DNA from: a virus
Virus record (IMG/VR): IMGVR_UViG_3300007513_001104
DNA length: 64,000 nt
Strand: one strand, 5' to 3'
Part shown: in pieces, positions 28,880 through 37,100 of the stretch
How positions within the stretch are numbered: the first letter of the stretch is position 1
Layout: every line of letters begins with the position of its first letter
Translations under genes and position numbers: made by a program
The notes under the pieces: model-generated
What the model saw: the letters and a program-made list of their open reading frames with translations, nothing else
Databases searched by the model: none
What the model was told of the DNA's origin: nothing

Positions 28880-29337
28880 CCTGTACAGCTCCCATCTTCA
28901 AACCAATCATTGAGATCAATTCTTGCTTTCCTAGCATCTCTCTTATCAAAAGATCTTTGGACTGCATCTTTTTTTGTCCTTGTTCCTGACGTGTCACCTT
29001 TAACTGGAAGACCATACTCTTTCCAAAAGTCTGAATCGTCTTTTGCTCTAGCAGCTATTGTTCTTTCTGCTGTTTCCATATCAATAGCATCGATTTGAAC
29101 AAAGTCTAAAATCATGTCTGCAAATGGGATGGCTCCGTTTGATTTCCAAACTACAATGCCATCAAGTAAGGTTGCGCCTTTAAAATTCTCTTCTACAGAA
29201 GTATGGAATTTTGGTGCGTCTTTTTCAAGTAAGACATTACCTGTAAATGTTTTGTAGATATCATCATGAGCTGCCATTCCAAAACGTTCTTTTTTAACTG
29301 TTTGGCCTGCTATTTCTACTGTATTTTCTAATATCAT
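28876..29337 (-). CDS. hypothetical (probable early) protein
   Basis: GAGGA RBS; first gene after a sigma70 promoter. Confidence 0.75.
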   Translation of the reverse strand: MILENTVEIAGQTVKKERFGMAAHDDIYKTFTGNVLLEKDAPKFHTSVEENFKGATLLDGIVVWKSNGAIPFADMILDFVQIDAIDMETAERTIAARAKDDSDFWKEYGLPVKGDTSGTRTKKDAVQRSFDKRDARKARIDLNDWFEDGSCTG

Positions 29338-29375
29338 AATTATTAAATCCTCTACTTTTTATTAATTATGCTACT

Positions 29376-29404
29376 ATTATGCACTCTCGTGAACCAAGAG
29401 TCAA
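29376..29404 (-). promoter_or_regulatory. sigma70-type early promoter with upstream A-tracts
   Basis: TTGACT-17 bp-CATAAT preceded by AAAAAA tracts (UP-like). Confidence 0.75.
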
Positions 29405-29450
29405 GCATTTTTTGGGTTATTTTTGAAATCTTTTTCGTAAAATCAATAAC

Positions 29451-30104
29451 TTAGGAGAGATGATCAGCGGATTCACCAGAAATATCCGCAACCATGGACT
29501 GCCAGAGCCCTAAATGGGGTATTACATAACCCAAAGTGAGTCTGGGTTCGTCAGTTCCTGCACAATGATAGTAGACTTTCTCAGGCTCTCTACCTCTGCC
29601 AAAATATCCTACTTTACAGGACCAACCACCAGGGTCTTGTAAGTGAATAACTTCGTGTGTTTTAGGATCTCTATATTTAAAAAACCCTCTGCCATTCTCT
29701 GTATAAGATAATAATATATTATAACCATGGGCATTCCAATTATTGTGCCAACCCATGAAACCTTTTTTAGGATAAAATACATGTACTGCTTCGTTTCTAG
29801 CTCCCAAAAAATTACACAGGTCTATAGAAAATGCTCGATATTTGTCTTGAAAATTTTGTGGGTGATCTCCTGCTTGTAAATCATAACTGTAAGAAATTTC
29901 TGGATACCCTTCGTGGGCACCATCTTTAGTTACAATCTCATCTAAATATTCTCGAGAAGTAGCCCAGCCCAATTGATACAAAGGATCGTTTTTTGGGTTC
30001 TTTATTGCCAATTCTTCTAAGGGAGATAAGTCTTGTTGGAAAAACCAATTTGAATATGGTTCCAACATTTCTAATAATTCATCTGATATCTTAGTAAAAA
30101 TCAT
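29451..30104 (-). CDS. 2OG-Fe(II) oxygenase-like (DSBH) protein
   Basis: YP..GFMGWHNN, distal YHC, and R.TLG; HxN in place of HxD. Confidence 0.55.
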   Translation of the reverse strand: MIFTKISDELLEMLEPYSNWFFQQDLSPLEELAIKNPKNDPLYQLGWATSREYLDEIVTKDGAHEGYPEISYSYDLQAGDHPQNFQDKYRAFSIDLCNFLGARNEAVHVFYPKKGFMGWHNNWNAHGYNILLSYTENGRGFFKYRDPKTHEVIHLQDPGGWSCKVGYFGRGREPEKVYYHCAGTDEPRLTLGYVIPHLGLWQSMVADISGESADHLS

Positions 30105-31297
30105 TTATATTTTAAATATATCTCATGATCAGGAATAGTGTAATGATACAAAACTATATCTTCGCCTTCTAATTCTTTTGGGTCGTGTCCATTTATAAAA
30201 TTCCATTTGACATGTAAGTTTTCATCCCATCTTACACCATGATCACTATATGTTAATAAATTCCACATTGTAAAAGTATCCCATCTCCTAGCATCTCGAG
30301 GATAAGATCCTATGTCATTATTTTTATCTTGTTGCCATAAGAAATGGCCATACCAAGAGTCCATTAGTTGAAGTGTTTGAGGATTATTTCTGTATATAAA
30401 CATTCCACAATGTGCTGTCATTTCTTCTGTGTTAGACAATTTAGTTAATTTTGCGTTGTATGGTCTTATTTTTGTAAACAGTAAATCTAAATCATCTGGT
30501 AGTTGATCAAATACATTTTCTATATCTTCATGCTGACAGATCATATCACAATCTAAATAACATGTCTTTCCTCTATATGGTGTACAAGATAAAGCCCAAA
30601 GTTTAGCCCTAATATGATTAGGTACTCCCCAAGACTCTATCCAATCTGCATGTTCATAGTGTTCTTCTTTTATCCATTCTTTATGTGATACGAAAATTGT
30701 TATATGTGCCTCAGGCCAAAAGAGTTTAATAGACTCTGCAAGATCTATACCTGCTTGATAAAATCTTTCATGGCATGATGCAACAATAACAAATCCATTA
30801 TCAGGAAAATTGTCTGTACCAACAATCTCCATAGCTGGACGAAGCCATAAATTATTAAGTTCTTCTACCACGTAGACCTTTTTAACATCTGGTCTGCCTT
30901 CAAACTCTAATGGTAAAGAAAATAAGTGATTATTATAAAGGAATAAATCACCAACTTTTAATTCTTTTGCGTAATTTAAGTTAGAATCTGTCATGTTTCT
31001 GTCTTCATACAACAAAACATCTTCTACAATTAACTCTGCATTTTCTAAATCAAACTCTGTGCCTTCGTCTTGATCTTTTAATACTTTGTAAACTTTATTT
31101 TCTATCCAAACATGTTGTCCAGCTAGATGTTCCAAGTTGTCGTACCAGATATCTACATGGACTCCTTCAAATTCTTGGACTGGTGTACCAGGTGTGGTGT
31201 GTAAAGAGTCTAGTCTTGCTTTAAACTCTTTATCTTTAAATATTTGTTCTTGGCCGAACTGACCAAATACTGCTTTATCTTTCGTCATCGTCTTCAT
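30101..31297 (-). CDS. GT-A glycosyltransferase with N-terminal duplicated module
   Basis: C-term G...VAS...Y..G..LAES, RAKL.AL..TPY, YLDCD, HCGMF.Y, WD; N-term 88-aa module shared with the upstream gene. Confidence 0.75.
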   Translation of the reverse strand: MKTMTKDKAVFGQFGQEQIFKDKEFKARLDSLHTTPGTPVQEFEGVHVDIWYDNLEHLAGQHVWIENKVYKVLKDQDEGTEFDLENAELIVEDVLLYEDRNMTDSNLNYAKELKVGDLFLYNNHLFSLPLEFEGRPDVKKVYVVEELNNLWLRPAMEIVGTDNFPDNGFVIVASCHERFYQAGIDLAESIKLFWPEAHITIFVSHKEWIKEEHYEHADWIESWGVPNHIRAKLWALSCTPYRGKTCYLDCDMICQHEDIENVFDQLPDDLDLLFTKIRPYNAKLTKLSNTEEMTAHCGMFIYRNNPQTLQLMDSWYGHFLWQQDKNNDIGSYPRDARRWDTFTMWNLLTYSDHGVRWDENLHVKWNFINGHDPKELEGEDIVLYHYTIPDHEIYLKYK

Positions 31298-31562
31298 GTA
31301 AAGACAATATCTGATTATCGTAAAGGAATAAGTCGCCGACTTTTAATTCTTTTGCATAATTTAAATTAGCATCTGTCATATTTTTATCTCTATATAAAAG
31401 TACATTTTCAACGATAACTTCCACATTTGACTTTTTAAATTTTGTATTTTTCTTTTGGTCTTTTTTAACTTTATAAACCGTGTCATCTTTCCAAACATGT
31501 TGTCCAGCTAGATGTTCTAAGTCGTCATACCATATGTCAACATGTACACCTTCAAACTCTTG
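30914..31562 (-). repeat. 264-bp domain duplication across two adjacent genes (30914-31177 and 31299-31562)
   Basis: QEFEGVHVDIWYD.LEHLAGQHVW...VYKV ... NMTD.NLNYAKELKVGDLFLY.N...SL present in both. Confidence 0.92.
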
Positions 31563-32171
31563 GTATAACGATCTTAATTTTTGTTTTGCTCTTAAGCCTT
31601 CAAACAGTTCTTCAATACTTTTATCTAATAACATCTCATCCAAATCAGTAGGTTTATAAATTGGTATTTGTCCTGTGCGTACTAATTCTTCTTTTAATAA
31701 TATAGATGCTAGTGTTTGAACTTCTAATGGAGACTTAGCTTTACGAATTAACTTTTTCAGTTCGTTGTTCGTAGAGTTTTTAATTAATGGAATTTCATAA
31801 GCTTCAAGTTTAGCTCCGAATAACATTTCTTGTTTGCGCCTAACTGCTTCGGACTCTTTACGTTGTAACCTTCTTTTTATATGATCGTCTCTTCTTTGTA
31901 ACCCTTCTTCTGTGTTTTTATCTATTCCCTCTTCACCAAACTCTTCTAAAACTGCTTTATAGTCTGGATTGTTTCCATCATTATCCATGATAGATGCGGT
32001 TGCTTTTTTACCGTTAGGATATACTAAGGTAACGATTAGATGTTTGGCCTCTTTATGAGACCAATAAGGATCTTCAAATTTGTATTGAGGTTCTTTTTTA
32101 GGTTCTTTATCTGGTGGTAAAACTTTTAATTTAGACTTGACGTTGCGTTTTACCTTTTTAGGCTTTGCCAT
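31275..32171 (-). CDS. hypothetical protein (possible fibre-assembly chaperone) with C-terminal duplicated module
   Basis: Follows the YTG-repeat gene, has its own late promoter; chaperone role inferred from position only. Confidence 0.6.
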   Translation of the reverse strand: MAKPKKVKRNVKSKLKVLPPDKEPKKEPQYKFEDPYWSHKEAKHLIVTLVYPNGKKATASIMDNDGNNPDYKAVLEEFGEEGIDKNTEEGLQRRDDHIKRRLQRKESEAVRRKQEMLFGAKLEAYEIPLIKNSTNNELKKLIRKAKSPLEVQTLASILLKEELVRTGQIPIYKPTDLDEMLLDKSIEELFEGLRAKQKLRSLYQEFEGVHVDIWYDDLEHLAGQHVWKDDTVYKVKKDQKKNTKFKKSNVEVIVENVLLYRDKNMTDANLNYAKELKVGDLFLYDNQILSLHEDDDER

Positions 32172-32195
32172 AATATCTCCATAATATATAAAACT

Positions 32196-32203
32196 TATTT
32201 ATA
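32196..32203 (-). promoter_or_regulatory. late promoter
   Basis: TATAAATA upstream of the 32171 gene. Confidence 0.75.
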
Positions 32204-33433
32204 CTAAGCTGTTCTCAACCATAATTTATAGGTGGCCACGTTTTCTTCTGTTGTTGTAATTGTGTCACCTGCATAATATCCTGTGTATGTTCCTGAATAT
32301 GTGCCTGAGTATGCTGAGGTTCCTGTATAGTATCCTGTATAACTTCCGGAATAAGCTCCTGAGTATGTACCTGAGTAGTTTTTAGCTCCTGTATAAAACC
32401 CTGTATAAGAACCTGTATAATATCCTGTGTAAGTTGTACCAGCGTAACCTGAGTAGTCTGCTGCGTAGTTACCTGTATATGCTCCGGAGTAAGCTCCTGA
32501 GTATGCTGAGGTTCCTGTGTATGTTCCTGTATAGTTACCTGTATAACTTCCGGAGTAAGCTCCTGAGTACGCTTTAGCTCCTGTATAGTTGCCTGTATAA
32601 CTTCCGGTGTAATTTCCTGTGTAGCCTGTTGATGCTACTGCATGTCTTGTATCTGTAAATGTTTCACCTTGTGCAGCCCAAGTTCCTGTTTCACTTGGTG
32701 CGCCTGATTGTATTTTGTATGTTCCAACGCCTTGTGTACTTCCAAAGTTTTCTACAATTCTGTTTCTAAAGTTAGGAACAATTTGTTCCATCTCGGATGC
32801 TGACATTTCTTTAATGCTTGTGCCATCAACCTTACAAGGTTTGTAATTGTCAACTGCTGCTGTTGTTGCTGTTGTTTTTTGCCAAATATATTTAGTAGCT
32901 TCTGTTTCATCTACTTGAGTATCTGTTATTGTGTATCTGGATGTCCAAGTTCCACCAGCTGGTGCTGATGCTGCTAGAGTATAGTGACCTGTTACATAAT
33001 TGCCTTGAGCAACCATGTCTGCTATAACTTTATCTATTAAATCTGAATCTAATTCTGAATCTGTAAACTCATGTATTCCTACTGTTCCTGAAGATTCATA
33101 ACCAACCGGTCTGTTAGTAATACTTTCTGACGCTGCTCCTGTAACCTGTTTACCTGTGTAAGTAACTGTGGTTAATGCTCCTGTTGCTGGGTGAGTTCCT
33201 ATTGCTTCTTGTCTTTTTGTATCTGTTATAGTTCCAATAGTTGTCCCTGCGCCTGATGCGTTTGTTGTAATGTTTAATTCAGCTGTACCTGTTCCATCAG
33301 TATTGTCTGAGAAATCTTTTGTTATTATTGCCGAATAATATTGTTCAATTTCAGTATCCGTCATTTCTTGTAACCCTTGGAAGTTACTTGAACTAACTGG
33401 ATATGCTGAAGCTTTAATTTTTAGTGGTCTCAT
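32204..33433 (-). CDS. virion fibre-like protein with Y[TS]G-x repeat array
   Basis: Three-repeat scaffold (RP/KP...EM/F.D.E...TITDT) plus 27 Y[TSA]G units. Confidence 0.75.
   Translation of the reverse strand: MRPLKIKASAYPVSSSNFQGLQEMTDTEIEQYYSAIITKDFSDNTDGTGTAELNITTNASGAGTTIGTITDTKRQEAIGTHPATGALTTVTYTGKQVTGAASESITNRPVGYESSGTVGIHEFTDSELDSDLIDKVIADMVAQGNYVTGHYTLAASAPAGGTWTSRYTITDTQVDETEATKYIWQKTTATTAAVDNYKPCKVDGTSIKEMSASEMEQIVPNFRNRIVENFGSTQGVGTYKIQSGAPSETGTWAAQGETFTDTRHAVASTGYTGNYTGSYTGNYTGAKAYSGAYSGSYTGNYTGTYTGTSAYSGAYSGAYTGNYAADYSGYAGTTYTGYYTGSYTGFYTGAKNYSGTYSGAYSGSYTGYYTGTSAYSGTYSGTYTGYYAGDTITTTEENVATYKLWLRTA
32270..32630 (-). repeat. 12-bp-period coding repeat (Y-[T/S]-G-x)
   Basis: YTGNYTGSYTGNYTG-AKA-YSGA... 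visible in both protein and DNA. Confidence 0.92.
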
Positions 33434-33434
33434 C

Positions 33435-33950
33435 TTAGTTTACCCTAGTTCCTGATGAATTATATATAACAACAGGACTCATCCTGTTCCACTTGGTTGC
33501 TGATACTCCTACCAATGTCAAACTATGTCCAGGTCCTAAGTTTATAGCTGCATTAGCTGACTCAGAATCTATGCTTTCGCTTGCATATGGATAGATCTTA
33601 ATATTGACTGCTGTGCTATTCAGTATGAATGCCTCCAATCCTACCGCCACGTCTGGAAGTTTAACCCCTTGGTCTGCTGATGCTGATGCTACTATGTTAT
33701 ACGTCTTTGTAAGAGCTGTTGCTGCACCTTGAGTTGATCCAGCTGCTGTAACTGACGCCGATGTACTTAGTATTGAACCTCCACCTACGGTTAAAGTTGA
33801 TGTAGTAGTAACAGTAGAACCCGAGATTGTACCTGCCGATATGTTATCGCCTGATTGGTATTTGTCAGTATTAAGATTCGTAAAGTTAGTATCTACTTCC
33901 GTATTGGTAAGCGGACTACCTTTTACTGATCTTAATGTTAATGTACTCAT
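33435..33950 (-). CDS. short fibre/virion protein
   Basis: N-term LR..KGSPLT..EVD.NF..LN.DK anchor motif; ends IYNSSGTRVN, resembling IYNAAGTKLN of 17042-19270. Confidence 0.7.
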   Translation of the reverse strand: MSTLTLRSVKGSPLTNTEVDTNFTNLNTDKYQSGDNISAGTISGSTVTTTSTLTVGGGSILSTSASVTAAGSTQGAATALTKTYNIVASASADQGVKLPDVAVGLEAFILNSTAVNIKIYPYASESIDSESANAAINLGPGHSLTLVGVSATKWNRMSPVVIYNSSGTRVN

Positions 33951-33961
33951 TTAATCCCTGC

Positions 33962-34192
33962 CTATTTAATTTTATTGACTATTACTTCTAAAGTCGCCCT
34001 TATTTCCGTAATCTCTGACTTTAAAGTATTTATATCATTTTCATACTCTAGAATTTGATTCATTTGTTTCTTTTGAATTTTGTATGCTTTAAGTCCTTCA
34101 TAATTACGACTAAGTATTGCCTTAGAATTTTTATCTCTGACAAGATCTCTCTCGCCTTCTATGTTTATAATATCTTTTATTTGTTCTGCCAT
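33962..34192 (-). CDS. small coiled-coil protein
   Basis: LVRD..SKAI motif plus heptad C-terminus; follows the VrlC-like gene. Confidence 0.7.
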   Translation of the reverse strand: MAEQIKDIINIEGERDLVRDKNSKAILSRNYEGLKAYKIQKKQMNQILEYENDINTLKSEITEIRATLEVIVNKIK

Positions 34193-34193
34193 A

Positions 34194-37100
34194 TTAAACC
34201 TGTAATGCTATGGCTCGTAAGTCCTTAAACTTAGGAACCTTAGTGGTATCTGTTGAAAGTGGCACAATCTTAACTGCAAAAGTCTTATATCCTGTGTGTG
34301 TAATGTTTCCTATCGTTGATGTGGCTGCTGCTGAAGAGCCATCTCCTGTTATAGTAACCGTGGGAGCGGATGTATATCCTCTTCCAGGGTTAGTAACTTT
34401 AATTCCACTGATTGTTCCACTACTAATCTCTGCTTTTGCTGTTGCTCCAAAACCACCACCGCCAGATATTGTTACGGTGGCTGTTGAATATCCACTTCCT
34501 GCTGTACCAACTGAAATTGCTGTAACAGAACTTAGTACATATTCAAAAATACTTGTAGATGCGTTAGTTCCTGCTGCGTTTGAACCACGTGCAGGTATTG
34601 AATAACTATATTCTGCAAATCCTTCTGTCTGTTCTGCTGGTGAAGTATTAGCTGTTAGTTCTGTCCAATTTAAATCTTCTTGGAAGTTTCCAGGATCTGC
34701 TGCGTTTTGGAATTTACCATAAACTTTAATGCTTCCTGTGTTTGGAATTGCTGCTTCTAAATAAACCTGTAAATCTTCTGCGTCCATACCTTCTTCTAAT
34801 ACAACACGTCTAGAAATATATCTAGATGATGCTGAGCCTCCTACTCTACCATCTTCTCCTGTAGCTGTATTGTTGACTTCGTTTTTAATACATAACAAGT
34901 CTGCTTGATCTATCTCAATAATTGGAGAAACGTTATCATTAAATGTAGAGAATGTTATCTTAGCTCTTGCTGTCTGTGTAGTCGAATAGTTGACTACTTC
35001 ATTTGTTCTACTGTAAATTGTTTTCTCTTTTGCTAGTGTATGTGTTGTTCCAAAATCTACGTCTTGGTATGAAGTTGTATTGGCTGACCCTGCTCCTGTA
35101 TCTGTTAATGCTAGTTTGCAAGTAGCTGTTGTTCCTTCTCCTGGTTGTAATATGCCAAAGTTAGGTGCTATATCATTAACTACTTTATCTGTAAACCCAC
35201 TTATTGTTGCATAACCGTCTGCGTTACCAACAACATCTCCTACTGTAAAATGTCCAGATTTAAGAACTGTGTGGGCATAGTTGTATAAGTTATCCCAAAA
35301 GTCTACTCTACCTTTATTAAGTCTTAATGTTGCTGTAGCTGTTGTTGTTCCGGCAGCTATTGTTATTGTTGGTGCAATATTATAACCCGATCCTGGGTTT
35401 GTAACTGTTAATCCTGTTACTGCTCCTCCTGAAATTACTGCTGTTAATGCTAATCCTGTTCCGCCTGTGCCTGTGTTTGTAACTGTAACAGCTGGTGCTG
35501 AGCTATAACCCGATCCACCTGCTGTAATTGTAGGTGTAAATCCAACTAGGTTTTTACCTGGACTGAATTTTTTAGCAGCAAAAGACCAACTTGTATCTGT
35601 AAAGTTTAACCAATCAATGGGTTCAGTTATTAAGTGTCCTGAATATGCTTGATCCTTCTTAAACCTACATCTCCTTATTTTAAACATTATGTCTTTGTTT
35701 TGATGTGGGCTCCATGTTCTATCGTTAGCTGAGCTGAACATCATGCCTGCTGCAGGTTGTTTTGAAATTCTTGTTGTTGTTCCGTATTGGTTTTCACCTA
35801 ATTGTGCTATCCAAATCTCAAATCCTTTGTCGTCGTTCTCTGGTTTTGGAACAAAACAATATTCTGTATTATTTTTTAAGTAAACAGGATCTGGGAAACT
35901 AAATACAGTTGGAGTATATGTTGTAGTTCCACCTGATGTTGATGATAAATTAATTTGTGCTGCTGGTAAATATTTTATTCCATTAGGAATGGTTCTAGGT
36001 CCGGGTACTCCATTAACCACTTCTCTAAGTTCCATTGTAACACCATTGGTTCCTTTTGTTTTAAAGTAAATCTCGACGTCTGAAATAAATACTCCGCCAG
36101 GGACTCCGTGGACTGTAAATGTTTGTGCTAGTGGATCAACCCATGGATTATACCCACCACCTCCATTCATGGCCAAAGAGATATCTAACTCTTCCATAAA
36201 ATCCAATTGGCCATCTGTTACTCCCGTATTCCAAGTAACGCCTACAGGCTCATTTGTGGGTGCTAGACAAGTCATGTCTGGCATAACTTCTACAGGCTCG
36301 AATGCCGGTACTACTGTGATATCCGGGATAGTAGTAATTACAGTTTCTATTACATGAGGAGCTCCTGGTGGGCCTTCTGCTCCTGTTGGGCCTGGTAATC
36401 CTGGCAATCCTGTTGGTCCAGGTGGGCCTGTTGGTCCGGGTGGGCCTGGAGGCATATTAGCAACGTCTTCTATAAGTTGTTCAACAGATGCTAATCCGGC
36501 TGCAACAGCTGCATCTGTCTGGGCTTGCCAGTCTGATAAGTCTACTGCTTCTGCAGGGGTTCCTGGAGAACCAGGTGGGCCTGGTGGGCCAGCGTCGCCT
36601 GTTTGTCCTACCGGTCCAGGCTCTCCTGTGGGTCCTGGTGCTCCTACGACGTTTGTAATTTCGTGTATAATAACAGGTGCTGGAGGAGGGGGCAACGGTG
36701 TGCCTGCTCCTATTGAAATTTCAACACTTGTATCTGTCATCACTCTATCTCCTGAGTGATATGTCGGTGTTACGTTTGCTGTTTTAAGAGCAAGTATTGT
36801 GTCTTGTGTTTTTTGTCTTAATCCTGAAGATTCATAATTAGCAGTTGAAGTTGTTCTTGCTAATGCATCGTTGTTATTTACATCGTCTGTTAATTTAAAT
36901 ACCTTGACACCTGTTTTAAATTGTCCTGAAGGAATTAAAAATTGTCCAAAGCATGTGCCATTTGCATCTGTTGTTATTGTTCCACCCAATGTTCCTGCTG
37001 AGTTTGTAACGTGTGCTGATACATCTTCTCCATCAAAGAATGGATAAACTACTGTGTTTGGTTTTAATCTTATACAATTAAATACAACATTTACTTCTCT

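Noticed and set aside
32270-32630. Periodic DNA repeats as a possible CRISPR array
   Set aside because: 12-bp in-frame coding period with synonymous variation; no spacers or cas genes.
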